From Ostreococcus lucimarinus (Eukaryota), in the NCBI GenBank assembly GCA_000092065.1, contig CP000582.1: DNA of 64,000 nucleotides. One strand, given 5' to 3'. This document shows positions 25,146-36,811 of the stretch, piece after piece. A model generated the notes under the pieces. That model saw only the letters and a list, made by a program, of their open reading frames with translations. It had not been told where the DNA came from and did no database searches. The position numbers and the translations under genes were made by a program. The stretch's first letter is position 1. Every line of letters starts with the position of its first letter.

Positions 25146-25409
25146 TGAATGAATAGAGGAAAACATCTGAATGTACGTGACATTCGGCGTCTGAACAGCA
25201 GCATGTATTGACAAGACAAACGCCGAATTAAATACGCTTCCGCAAGTGTGTTCGAAGCAAAACACGCGGTTACCCTTGTTTTTTTTGCACCCTTGATGGC
25301 GGCGCATCACACGCGTACAGACGCTTTCGGCCGTCCAACCCGGGTCGAATTGAAAGGAACGAAACATTCTTTCGATCGATCGAACCACGTAAGGAGCGCA
25401 TCCAACTAC

Positions 25410-26745
25410 ATGGGCCAAACAGAAAAGGTTCGTTGAGTCGTATTTATAATTTTCGGCAATTGAACGCTAAGTAGGACCTGAAAATCGAACCCGAAAGTGC
25501 CAACCATACGCTCGATACGTCTGCATGGCCGCTTCTGCTAAAGAATTATGACAAGTTGATGGTACGTATCAATATTACGTGTTCTTTGCAAGTGTTCTTA
25601 GAGGGTATCTGTAGGTACGAACTGGTCACTACACTCCAATTCCGTGTGGAAGCTCTCCACTGCGACGACCACTGGCAGAGTATCTACGTTACGGGGTCAT
25701 CAATTTAGACAAGCCCGCCAATCCTTCTTCGCATGAGGTAGTTGCATGGTTGAAGCGCATCCTAAGGGTTGAAAAAACTGGACATAGTGGTACACTCGAC
25801 CCAAAAGTTACTGGTTCACTCATTGTCTGCATTGATCGTGCCACGCGCCTGGTAAAGTCTCAACAGGGTGCAGGCAAGGAGTACGTGTGCGTTTGTCGAT
25901 TGCATTCAGCGCCGACAGGTGGTAAGAGTGCTGTTGAACGCGGTATTGAAACTCTTACCGGCGCACTTTTTCAACGGCCACCGTTAATTTCAGCTGTCAA
26001 AAGACAGTTGCGCATTCGAACTATCTATGATAGTAAACTTCATGAGTTTGATGAGGCCAGGAATCTTGTTGTTTTCTGGGTATCATGTGAAGCAGGCACT
26101 TACGTTCGTACTTTATGTGTGCATCTTGGATTACTATTGGGAGTTGGTGGTCACATGCAAGAGTTACGCCGAGTTCGCTCTGGAATCTGCTCAGAGTCAA
26201 AGAACCTCGCGACCATGCACGACGTGCTAGATGCTATGTGGGTGTGTGACAACTTGAAAGATGATCATTACATTAGACGCGTTGTTATGCCGCTCGAGGT
26301 TTTGTTGACGAACTACAAGCGGGTTGTTGTGAAGGACTCCGCCATAAATGCAATTTGTTACGGTGCCAAGCTCATGATTCCTGGTTTATTAAGATATGAA
26401 GCTGGCATCGAGGTTGGGGATGAGTGCGTTCTGATGACAACGAAGGGCGAAGCTATCGCAATCGGCATAGCTGAAATGACAACTGCTGTTATGGCGACTT
26501 GCGACCATGGCAGCGTTGCTAAGGTCAAGCGAGTGGTAATGGAAAGAGACACTTATCCAAGACGTTGGGGTCTGGGTCCCAACGCGCAGAATAAGAAACA
26601 AACAAGCACCGATAAATCACAGAAATTAGGAGCGTCGATTATTGCATCCGACGGCGCAAATACGGGAAAAGAGATGATAAAGGAGAAGAAAGAGAAGAAA
26701 GAGAAGAAAGAGAAGAAAGAGAAGAAGAGAAAGCTGGACGAATAA
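25410..26745 (+). CDS. CBF5: H/ACA snoRNP pseudouridine synthase Cbf5/dyskerin, >=3 exons, C-terminal KKE repeat tail
   Basis: MGQTEK | [29 protein letters not shown] | [67 protein letters not shown]...TruB and PUA domains; tail [18 protein letters not shown]. Confidence 0.85.
26683..26731 (+). repeat. (GAGAAGAAA)n 9-bp tandem repeat encoding the KKE tail of Cbf5
   Basis: gagaagaaagagaagaaagagaagaaagagaagaag seen directly. Confidence 0.85.
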
Positions 26746-26886
26746 TTGCTGACAGTTTTGCAGTTTTTTTGATCCGATCGAGTGTACAAATCACACTGTA
26801 CTGCGACTGTTTTTAATAATAATCATATTGGTATGTTCTAGTTTCTACTTTTGACCACCATTCAAAGTCACTATTGCAGTTCAGCT

Positions 26887-27990
26887 CTACTGCGGACAAG
26901 CTCGCCTCTTATACAAAAATATCGACTTTTGATCACACAAGACAATATTAATCCCATCCGCCGTACAGTCCGCTAAACAAGTTTCGCACAGTTCAGCTGA
27001 TTCTTGATTGTCGCGCGTCATTAGTTTGATTTCTTTAAAGCTGTTTTTATTCGCATCTGACTCCCATGCACTACACGTACCAGCTCGTGAGCCAATCACC
27101 GTGAACACACAATTTTCGCTACAACCCACACACCCAGCGAAATGTAAAGTTGTATCCAAATACTCAAGCTCATCTACATCTGATGTGAAGACAGAAACAC
27201 TACTAAGTAGCCTTCTATCAAGTGTGCCCAGAAGGATAGAGGAACTTGTAGGTGCAAATGCAAGACGTGTGATGGGTGATAGACCACTTCGTCGCAGTGT
27301 ACGAATACAACCACACGTATGGACGTCCCACAAGCGGCAGCTGCCATCATAACTGGAACTTACTAGAAATGAGCCATCTCTGGCGAATTGCACGCCCGTG
27401 ACGGGGTCTGCGTGAGCAGGTATAACAGCTACACATCCTCCAGAAGCAACGTTCCAAAGTCGAATAGTTTCATCAATCGAACCACTAGCAATTATCGTAC
27501 TCAGCGCGTTTATACAACAACATAGCACTGCAGAAACATGTCCTCTGTAAGCTTGTAAGCATGTCGCCCCCGAGGCTTGCCATAAGAGGACTAGACCGTC
27601 ATCTGAACACGTGACTACAAATTTATCATCAGTGGACCAGCAACAGTCAGCAATAGCTCTCAAGTGTCCCCTGAAATTCTCGAGTCGCTCACCCGTGCCT
27701 ATACATCGAATGCTGCAACTGCCGTTCACCAAACCTAGTACTACCCTGGGCCAATTAAATCATAATCTATTACATCGGAGTATTGAGGGATTTGCCTACC
27801 TTTTACCGTCGTTCGATATCTTCAGTGACGTTATGCCTTCACAGCTCATGGTCAGTACGCGCGCACACTTGTACTCCATCGATCAGCGCATGTGGCCGAC
27901 GCCGTCTGTTAAACTTGCGGTTGCTTCAACAGTTTGCGTCCGCACTTGGTACCAGGTTACACTGCCGTTCGCACTGCTCGCGTCATCTTT
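26887..27990 (-). CDS. WDR5-like WD40-repeat protein, multi-exon (N-terminal exons upstream of 27732 not resolved)
   Basis: FRGHLRAIADCCWSTDDKFVVTCSDDGLVLLWQASGATCLQAYRGHVSAVLCCCINALSTIIASGSIDETIRLWNVASGGCVAVIPAHADPVTGVQFARDGSFLVSSSYDGSCRLWDVHTCGCIRTL aligns repeat-by-repeat with WDR5; the first ~2 blades are missing from the ORF, so upstream exons are needed. Confidence 0.55.
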
Positions 27991-28147
27991 GTGTTTAAAT
28001 TTCAACTGTACTGAAGTTCAGTTACTGAACAGTTTTTCATGCAGTTGATTTAACACCTCGGTCGGCTGCAGTTTTTTACATGTAGTAAACGCGTCGCATT
28101 AAGTGCATGATAATTTAATTTGCGTGCGATCATCGAACTTGCGTTGC

Positions 28148-28195
28148 GAGCGACCTCGGCAAATGTGTACTAAACGCAGTTGCCGAGGTCGCTTT
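28148..28195. promoter_or_regulatory. 14-bp perfect inverted repeat (agcgacctcggcaa ... ttgccgaggtcgct) with a 17-nt loop in the divergent WDR5-like/TRM13 intergenic region
   Basis: seen directly; position ~150 bp upstream of the TRM13 ATG. Confidence 0.4.
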
Positions 28196-28343
28196 GGGGC
28201 GAGAGGAACGTCAAAGTTTTGTGCACGCTGCGTCGATGTCTTCGCATAGAACCTCCCGTCGTCTCGCAGATTGTGTGACGTAAGCTGATATCCTGTACAC
28301 ATCTTGTTCAGTCATATGTGTCCAGCTGTGTTGTGAAAGCGCC

Positions 28344-29597
28344 ATGTCGGTTTGCGGAGAAAGGGAGCAACTTGGCTCCAACGCTGTAGAAAATGGAACA
28401 ATCTATAGACATCCATATTGCGCACGCTTTATCTCTTCCAAGCAAAGGTTTTGTGGATTGATGGCAAAAGCTGGGCATTCGTTCTGCGTTCACCACCTAC
28501 CCACAGAACAGTCGGAGTATATTTTTGCTTTCTGTCCAAAGTGCAAAACAAAAATTGCTAGTGATAGGGTAGACGCTCATTTAAGAAAGTGCCCCGTTCG
28601 CTTGAAAGAACAGCAGATTACAAATGAGATTTACTTTTGGAAAGATATCAACAGTGCCAAAGAGACGGTGGTAGACAAAACAGTAAGCTTGCGCGAACTC
28701 TCAGGCACGCAACTCGCTCTTCTGCTCGATAAAATTAGTCAAGCCGAACCAAAATGCTCGTCTTACTTGAGTAGACGTTCGAGCAGCTCACACGATGACG
28801 GCAAGACCATGCATAGTGTACACGTCCCACAGCGGACAAGTGAATCGGAAGCGCTACAGCGTGTCGCCATAGCAGAGGCCGTGCAAAAAGTTCGAGACGT
28901 CTTTGATCTTAGTACTAATAGTGCACTTGTTGAGCTTTGCTCCGGACGTGCGTATCTTTCAGCAGAGATCATGAAAACATGGCCGTTCTCAAAGCTATTA
29001 CTTGTCGACCGTCGTTCACATCGCTTCAAGGCGGATAGATTCCTTCGTCATCAAAGTGAGCTGAGGCGTTTGCTCATTGACATCAAGGATCTGGATTTGT
29101 ATAAAGTCTCTCTATTGAATAAATCGGAAGTGACCATCGTGGGTAAACACTTGTGCGGTGAAGCTACTGATTTCGCTTTAAAGTGTGCATTATCTTATCT
29201 GAAAGATAGTACAGTCACGTTCAGAGGATTGGCAATTGCTCCATGTTGTCACCACGCTTGTAAATGGTCTTCTTTCGTCAATACACCGTTTCTTGAAACA
29301 CTCGGCTTCAGCGAGACGGATTTTGGCTATCTCATACGTATGACGAGCTGGGCAACCACACTGTCTACTGGTTGCACGTCCCACGGATTCAGTTCTGATT
29401 TTGCGATTCACACTGAGGATATGGATGCGTGCCGAACCCTTAGTAGCAATGATAAACTACGCGTAGGGCGATACGTAAAGCTGATTCTCAACACAGCTCG
29501 TGTTCTATGGTGCAAAGAGCGCGGTTTCGACGTAAGCTTGGAGGAGTATACTAATGTTTGGGTAACGCCTGAGAATCAGCTAATACTTGTAAGATAG
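28344..29597 (+). CDS. TRM13: tRNA:m4X (2'-O) methyltransferase TRM13, single exon
   Basis: N-terminal CHHC zinc fingers (CARFISSKQRFCGL...HSFCVHHL; FCPKCKTKIASDRVDAHLRKC) and C-terminal TRM13 methyltransferase domain (HLCGEATDFALKCAL, LAIAPCCHHAC). Confidence 0.7.
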   Translation: MSVCGEREQLGSNAVENGTIYRHPYCARFISSKQRFCGLMAKAGHSFCVHHLPTEQSEYIFAFCPKCKTKIASDRVDAHLRKCPVRLKEQQITNEIYFWKDINSAKETVVDKTVSLRELSGTQLALLLDKISQAEPKCSSYLSRRSSSSHDDGKTMHSVHVPQRTSESEALQRVAIAEAVQKVRDVFDLSTNSALVELCSGRAYLSAEIMKTWPFSKLLLVDRRSHRFKADRFLRHQSELRRLLIDIKDLDLYKVSLLNKSEVTIVGKHLCGEATDFALKCALSYLKDSTVTFRGLAIAPCCHHACKWSSFVNTPFLETLGFSETDFGYLIRMTSWATTLSTGCTSHGFSSDFAIHTEDMDACRTLSSNDKLRVGRYVKLILNTARVLWCKERGFDVSLEEYTNVWVTPENQLILVR

Positions 29598-29949
29598 ATC
29601 AGAGTGCGGAATAGTGCTGATATGCATGTTGATCGCCCCGCGTAGTATTATTCATTTTGGAGAAGGGCTTACGCGATTACGTCTGAAGAAAGACATGTAA
29701 CGTCGAAAGTTGGTGGAGTGTTCTTATATCGTTCTACTGCTCTATGTCAAAGTGATGGTCACGTTCACACGCGTTTAATTTTCGAGTATGGCATGGTAGC
29801 CGCTACCAGCGAAAGTTGCGACGTGCCAACCTGCCGCAAGTGACTCAGCCGTGCCTTTCTGGTGGTTGGTTTAGGGCCGTTCAAGTGCGCTTTTCCTGGT
29901 CTCCTGTGCAAAACCTAGACGAAATTCCAAAGCGAGAAGATTCTGGGTT

Positions 29950-30342
29950 AGTCCTCAGTTCCCCTCACGAAACGAATGAAGTAGATGCATTTTCGATTTT
30001 CGATTTTCGATCCGTTTGTGGCGATCGTTTCATCTCTGAAAACGCAGACTAAACCGTGGCACGAATGACTGTGGACGGTCTAACGCGAACGGGTGCGTAC
30101 CTTGCCACTTGCGGTAACTTTGTATCGCTTCGCTGCAGCTTTGCGGGTTTTCATTTTAGATGCCGCAACAAAAAACTGTTTTCGCTCTGGTTCACCACGC
30201 GGCTTCGCCACGACGCGTGTTCCAACAAGGGAACTGCAAAACGTAAGCGCGCGATTAGACCCTGTTTGACTCCGCGCCGTGTGCGCTGCCTTTGCGCCCG
30301 TAAGTCGCGGTATGGTTGCAGCCGACTGAAATGAAATCATTG
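29950..30342 (-). CDS. putative organellar ribosomal protein bL35 with N-terminal presequence; 3' exon structure unresolved
   Basis: MKTRKAAAKRYKVTASGKVRTR matches the bL35 signature (MPKxKTxxxAKKRF..TGxGK..R); preceded by an S/T/A/R-rich presequence MISFQSAATIPRLTGAKAAHTARSQ...; the C-terminal half after GKVRTRSR was not found in frame, so an intron is assumed. Confidence 0.35.
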
Positions 30343-30759
30343 TCAGCTGTTTGAGAGTCGACAAGCGCTCGGTCGCGCGCGCTCGCGTAACGACGAAGTA
30401 GAGTGGCGCTTCAGGGTTTCCACGGATAGCGCGACACGATGATAGGGTCCCTCGCCTTTTTATGAGATGAATGATATGATATATCGTCATGATGCTTGCA
30501 TGGCGATCTAAGCAATATTGTATGGATGTAACCAAGAAATTAAAGAAATTCTCACTTTCAACAAGTTCTACAAGTTCTTGTGCGCGAGGCGCACTACTTT
30601 CATTAGGCTGCGATTGGCTTTGGAGAGAAAGTTTATATCGTCGTTTAGCATAATTCAACGGCCATCTTGATTTCGTGACTGCGACCGAGCACTTTTCTTC
30701 AAAAAAGTAGTTCATAAAATGCACTTTGTAGAACGCGTTGCCCCGTCACCCTCAGTACC

Positions 30760-32136
30760 TTAGTCTTCAAAGGGTGCAAATATAACGCAAGAATTGTGGC
30801 CACCGAAACCAAAGGAATTACTAATGGCGGCGGTAACCGTGTGCGCCTTCTTTTCGTTTGCACACGTATCGATCCCTTCAACTATCGGTTCCAGTTCGTT
30901 TTGGTTCAGAGTCGGATGCAGCATGCCAGTCTTTATCGCCATGATACAAGCGATGGCTTCCATCCCCCCTGCAGCACCGAGACAATGTCCGATCATTGAT
31001 TTGGTTGCATTCATTTTGACATTTTGTACGTCTTTGAATACCTTGCGAACAGCGTTGACTTCTGCGACGTCGCCGACAAGAGTTGAGGTGGCGTGTGCGT
31101 TGATGTAGTTTATATCTGACACGGAGATACCAGCATCCTTGATGGAAAGCTCTATGCACGTGGATACTCCAAGACCATCGGCTCGTGGATCAGTCATATG
31201 ATGCGCGTCACAGGTGATGGCTCCACCAAGATACTCTGCGTGGATGCGAGCACCACGCTTCTTTGCGCTTTCCAACGTCTCCATGATGAGGACACCAGCA
31301 CCTTCACCCATCACGAATCCATCTCTAGACTTGTCCCAGGGTCGAGAGGCCCCCTCCGGATCATCATTATTTTGGCTGAGAGCTCGACAAGCGACGAAAC
31401 CACCCAGACCAACAGGAATGATGGGTGCTTCAGAGCCACCGGCGATCATGATTTCTGCGTCGCCGTTCCTGATGTGATTGGCTGCCGCGTGAAAGGCGTA
31501 ATTTGCCGTTGCGCAGGCGGTCGAGATAGAATAATTCGGTCCCATAAAACCTTTTTCAATAGCAAGCATTGCACCGCCCATGTTTGTGATGGCATAAGGA
31601 ATGAAAAATGGAGTTATCTTCTTCGGCCCCTTCTCCACGAGTGCTTTCACACCATCCTGGAAAACAGTGAGGCCACCCATACCGCTGCCAACGAGAACAC
31701 CGACGCGTTGTTTATCGAGGTTTTCGAGTGCGGCAGCATCCAGACCTGCATCTTCCAAAGCTTTGTTACCAGACACGAGAGCATAACGAAGACAGTCGTC
31801 AAGTCGTCTATCGTTTTTCTTGTCGATGTAACCCTCGCTGTCGAAATTGCGAATTTGTGCAGCGAATTTCGTTGGAAAGTCACTCGTATCGAATCGATCG
31901 ATCGGCGCAACGCCACTTTGTCCAGAAAGAAGCTTATCGTAGTATGCGGTGTAGTCGTTACCAAACACAGAACATAACCCCATTCCCGTAATCACGACTC
32001 TTTTCTTCGGATCAGTCTCACGTGCCATCGCAATAACGGCGGAACGACATTTTGATCTCCGACATGATGATCTAGGGGTCGCGCGTAAGATATTGTGCGT
32101 TGGTTGCCTACTTGCCAAAGAGTTCATCGCCGTCAA
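30760..32136 (-). CDS. KAS: 3-oxoacyl-[acyl-carrier-protein] synthase I/II (plastid type-II FAS KAS), single exon with transit peptide
   Basis: RVVITGMGLCSVFGNDYTAYYDKLLSGQSGVAPIDRFD, active-site region ISTACATANYAFHAAANHIRNGDAEIMIAGG, HATSTLVGD, GHCLGAAG, NSFGFGGHN; N-terminal ~45 aa are S/R/C-rich. Confidence 0.85.
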   Translation of the reverse strand: MTAMNSLASRQPTHNILRATPRSSCRRSKCRSAVIAMARETDPKKRVVITGMGLCSVFGNDYTAYYDKLLSGQSGVAPIDRFDTSDFPTKFAAQIRNFDSEGYIDKKNDRRLDDCLRYALVSGNKALEDAGLDAAALENLDKQRVGVLVGSGMGGLTVFQDGVKALVEKGPKKITPFFIPYAITNMGGAMLAIEKGFMGPNYSISTACATANYAFHAAANHIRNGDAEIMIAGGSEAPIIPVGLGGFVACRALSQNNDDPEGASRPWDKSRDGFVMGEGAGVLIMETLESAKKRGARIHAEYLGGAITCDAHHMTDPRADGLGVSTCIELSIKDAGISVSDINYINAHATSTLVGDVAEVNAVRKVFKDVQNVKMNATKSMIGHCLGAAGGMEAIACIMAIKTGMLHPTLNQNELEPIVEGIDTCANEKKAHTVTAAISNSFGFGGHNSCVIFAPFED

Positions 32137-33089
32137 TTATATGCCGCTTGAGATTTCTTTGTGGTAGGAGAAGTTGCCTGCGATTGCGAATGGGCGCATT
32201 TCTAGAGTCAGTAATCGTGTGCATGTGCACACATCATCGCGGAGGAACGATAGTCCGCAATTTGCGTCGGCTTTGGTGCCTGGCGCACCGCACGTATGGA
32301 GATAACGTTGACGAAGTGAAATAGATAAGGAAATAGTGATCCTCAGCGGATGACGCGACGCGCGTTTGCGGCACTCTGCAAACACACCGATCGATGGGCG
32401 TACCTCAAGATCACACTGCCCGACGTTCCGGTCCGAACTCGAAGCGTTCAATTGCGGCGGACGTGAAAGCTTCACACTGAGGGTTTGTTCGGCCGACGTT
32501 GGCGCGCGGCTCCATTTTTTCGGTTTTCATACTAGATTTAACCCACAGGATAGCGGAAACTCAAAACGCTCGAGTTGGATTGTTCATTGTGAAAAACATA
32601 CCGCGTTACGTAAAAAAGAATTGGTTTCCCCTGTGATTTGATGATGACTACCGAGCTATCTGTAAACACGAAAGTAACTCGCCGTGCTTTCACTCCGCCC
32701 AAGTCGCACCCAGCCGCGGTTGAAGCGCAAGTGGCACTGAGAGATATGCAGCTAAACTGTGTAGGCTCGATGAACTCGCGGTTGTCGGCCAATTTCAAAA
32801 GTATCTGTCGACTCATCGAAGCTACAGCTAGTACGGGCCGCTCTTATTTCGTACGTATTCCCTTCACTCTCTGATAATTCTCAAGTCTTCGACGTAGACT
32901 CATCCGCTCGATGCGGTTAGTGTATGCAAGGCTTCAAACGAACGTGCAAAGTCGAATTGGCACCGCTGCTCGCCCATAGCAAAGTGGTCAAACGCATTAA
33001 ATGGCTGGATAAGCGGACCGTCCACCAAGCTGAGTTCTCTACCGGGACGTGTTACCGACGTTAGTACTTTGCGCGATAGCACGTACGAA

Positions 33090-34519
33090 GCAGAATTTGT
33101 CCGCACGACACCGAGTTCTAATACTTATTCTCATACTGCGATCTTACCGGGAGTTCGAGGCGTACATCGCCCTAAATCGTATGGAGACAACTTCTCTGTG
33201 AACAGGAAAGGATATCCAATCTGGCCTTAAGTCTCCTGTAATATTGCAATTTTCATTGTACAAACTAGCTCTGCCGTCGTTCTAATCACTAAATTGAAGT
33301 TCACGCTTGCAGCTTCGTGTAAAAGTCGATTTCACGTTCGTAGGTATTTGCGTATTCGGATTCTCAAAGGTAGGCCCCTTGCCAGAGAGCCCCGTTATCT
33401 CTTGAATATTCGCCCAGTCGCCGCGCGTAAAGTTGTAGGTTTGCATCAAATTCAGGACGTCTGGTATACCATCTAGTTCTTTACCCCCTCGAGCTTGACT
33501 AAAAAGCGGACGAGTGAGCAACCGTTTTGTCAAAGAAGCGTACCAGAGGCAAAACTCAAGTTGAGTGCTGCAGCTCCTACCACTTGATCGAAAATGTTGA
33601 TACAACTCTGATAACAGCCGCTGCGATTTTGACTTTGACGACAACTTCCCCAAGAGACTTGGGAATCGATGAGTGTGGCGTTCAGCCTGACCAAATGTTT
33701 CTCTTGAGCCTCTGACGGCAGAGGTTGGCAGGACACATGAAACTATGTTCGCAGGAGGCATCATGGTCCAGTTTTGTGTCTTGTTTATTGTCGTCGCAAA
33801 CACATCTCCTTCTGCTACACGTGACGATGCCGCAGCAACGTGCACAATTCTTTGCAACTCGTTTGTACTGTCTCGCGGGCGCATACACGCATAGTTTTCT
33901 TGAACGAACAGAGGGATCATGTCTGAGTGCTGGAAAACCAGATTAAGCCTCTCATCGAGTGTTTTTAATGGGCTTGGACGAAAAAGAACATCTATTGCTT
34001 GAAAAACACTTGTGGCGACATCTTTTTTCGAAATTTCATTCCTTCCGTGATGCTTCGAGCTCATGCCCCATAGTTGTAGCTGGTTGATACTGGATCGAAG
34101 GTCATTGTTGTTTGCTTCTATGAGAGCATCAACTGCGTCGCTATCAACATCCAAGCGTTGTGAGGCTACAATTTGATTCAAGTACTTTCGGAGCTGGAGC
34201 TTATTTGGCCGTTGGAAAGGTAAATCGACACAATAGTTTGCAAGAGTCTTTAGTTTTTGTGAATATCGGTCGTTGCAGATGCATATGATGGGAATGCGCG
34301 TGTGTTTGATGACTTCTATCAACTCCGAGATACCACCCCGATCGCCACCAGCCATACCATCTACTTCATCCATGATCAGTGCAGTCTTTGTTGATCGCAA
34401 ACCATCAATACCGATGTTACGATTAGTTACAAACTCTCGAACAGTACTCGCCAATGTTCCCGCTATCCCATCACTTACTGCTCCAGTCTTACCTCTTGAA
34501 TCGCTTGCGTTTACGTTCA
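33090..34519. repeat. segmental duplication copy A (1430 bp, 100% identical to 35382-36811 as far as every ORF reads)
   Basis: six identical ORF translations in both copies (e.g. 33294-33476 = 35586-35768; 33527-33715 = 35819-36007); boundaries read from the sequence: left ...gaag|gcagaatttgtccgcacga, right ...gcgtttacgttca|acgacgtgcac. Confidence 0.9.
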
Positions 34520-35141
34520 ACGACGTGCACACGTCGTCGCCGAACAAATACCCCGCCCCTCGAGGGGAAAGCCCCCAGCCGGAGACGTCCTCGGGGTCGC
34601 TCCAAAGCAAATCGCACATCGCGCCTTCGTGCGGCACCTCTTGTTTACGATCGATCGTTCGAATCTGATCGATCGTCGTGATGCTCGGGGACAACCCCCC
34701 GTGCACGCAAAATATCTTGTTATCTATGAGCGCAGACAACGAAAGGTAATCGAACACATCCGTGCAATATCGCCACACGTTGACGCTCCCGTATTTGCGC
34801 AAACACTCGTCGTAAAACCCGTACACCTGCGTGATCTGTCGACACTCGTGATTCCCCCGAATGAGATACATTCGATCCGGGTACCTCACCTTCAGCGCCA
34901 GGAGCAACAAAAACGTCTCCACGCTGTAAAACCCGCGATCGACGAAGTCCCCCATGAACAAATAGTTTGTATCCGGGCAGTCGCCGCCGACTTTAAACAG
35001 TTCCAACAAATCGTAAAACTGCCCGTGAATGTCCCCGCATATCGTCATCGTTTGCTCGTTAATCCACCGCACGCGATCGAAATCGTCGCTCGAAAAGTCA
35101 CGCAGCGACGCCTTCGCGTCCCGCATCGCCGAACACATCAA
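33282..35141 (-). pseudogene. chimeric in-frame ORF: N- and C-truncated PP4-type Ser/Thr phosphatase catalytic fragment (34520-35141, GC-richer) fused at ...[11 protein letters not shown]... to a P-loop-less copy of the RFC1 C-terminal 411 aa (duplication copy A)
   Basis: the PP4c part ([57 protein letters not shown]...[42 protein letters not shown]...[10 protein letters not shown]) lacks the ~50-aa PP4c N-terminus and everything after the GAGY motif; the RFC1 part starts after the Walker A motif. Confidence 0.5.
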
Positions 35142-35403
35142 TGTTGAGCGAAATATCTAACGCGGTGACGCTGTGCGTGAGCGCACCGCTGGATATGTAC
35201 GTCACGCCTGTTTGGCCGATGGCGTGGACGGTGTCTAGGGTGACGTTACCCGACGCCTCGGTGTCGACTCTGCCGTCGATGAGACGCACGGCGGCGGTCA
35301 TGTCCTCCACGGACATGTTGTCGAGCATTAAACGAGTGACGCTGCCCGTCGGGACGTTCGGGTCGTGCAGAATTTGTTCGTGCAGAATTTGTCCGCACGA
35401 CAC
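35141..35403 (-). pseudogene. 3' fragment of a nicotinate-nucleotide pyrophosphorylase (QPRT/NadC) gene, C-terminal ~90 aa plus stop, no upstream exons
   Basis: [65 protein letters not shown] matches the QPRT C-terminal domain (LDNxSxEEM..AV...GRV.LEASGGITL.T....A.TGVDYIS.GALTHS..ALD.SL); GC-rich codon usage unlike the surrounding genes. Confidence 0.5.
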
Positions 35404-36811
35404 CGAGTTCTAATACTTATTCTCATACTGCGATCTTACCGGGAGTTCGAGGCGTACATCGCCCTAAATCGTATGGAGACAACTTCTCTGTGAACAGGAA
35501 AGGATATCCAATCTGGCCTTAAGTCTCCTGTAATATTGCAATTTTCATTGTACAAACTAGCTCTGCCGTCGTTCTAATCACTAAATTGAAGTTCACGCTT
35601 GCAGCTTCGTGTAAAAGTCGATTTCACGTTCGTAGGTATTTGCGTATTCGGATTCTCAAAGGTAGGCCCCTTGCCAGAGAGCCCCGTTATCTCTTGAATA
35701 TTCGCCCAGTCGCCGCGCGTAAAGTTGTAGGTTTGCATCAAATTCAGGACGTCTGGTATACCATCTAGTTCTTTACCCCCTCGAGCTTGACTAAAAAGCG
35801 GACGAGTGAGCAACCGTTTTGTCAAAGAAGCGTACCAGAGGCAAAACTCAAGTTGAGTGCTGCAGCTCCTACCACTTGATCGAAAATGTTGATACAACTC
35901 TGATAACAGCCGCTGCGATTTTGACTTTGACGACAACTTCCCCAAGAGACTTGGGAATCGATGAGTGTGGCGTTCAGCCTGACCAAATGTTTCTCTTGAG
36001 CCTCTGACGGCAGAGGTTGGCAGGACACATGAAACTATGTTCGCAGGAGGCATCATGGTCCAGTTTTGTGTCTTGTTTATTGTCGTCGCAAACACATCTC
36101 CTTCTGCTACACGTGACGATGCCGCAGCAACGTGCACAATTCTTTGCAACTCGTTTGTACTGTCTCGCGGGCGCATACACGCATAGTTTTCTTGAACGAA
36201 CAGAGGGATCATGTCTGAGTGCTGGAAAACCAGATTAAGCCTCTCATCGAGTGTTTTTAATGGGCTTGGACGAAAAAGAACATCTATTGCTTGAAAAACA
36301 CTTGTGGCGACATCTTTTTTCGAAATTTCATTCCTTCCGTGATGCTTCGAGCTCATGCCCCATAGTTGTAGCTGGTTGATACTGGATCGAAGGTCATTGT
36401 TGTTTGCTTCTATGAGAGCATCAACTGCGTCGCTATCAACATCCAAGCGTTGTGAGGCTACAATTTGATTCAAGTACTTTCGGAGCTGGAGCTTATTTGG
36501 CCGTTGGAAAGGTAAATCGACACAATAGTTTGCAAGAGTCTTTAGTTTTTGTGAATATCGGTCGTTGCAGATGCATATGATGGGAATGCGCGTGTGTTTG
36601 ATGACTTCTATCAACTCCGAGATACCACCCCGATCGCCACCAGCCATACCATCTACTTCATCCATGATCAGTGCAGTCTTTGTTGATCGCAAACCATCAA
36701 TACCGATGTTACGATTAGTTACAAACTCTCGAACAGTACTCGCCAATGTTCCCGCTATCCCATCACTTACTGCTCCAGTCTTACCTCTTGAATCGCTTGC
36801 GTTTACGTTCA
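35382..36811. repeat. segmental duplication copy B (source copy, embedded in the RFC1 gene)
   Basis: see copy A; a 15-bp microduplication tcgtgcagaatttgt tcgtgcagaatttgt sits exactly at its left junction (35364-35393). Confidence 0.9.
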
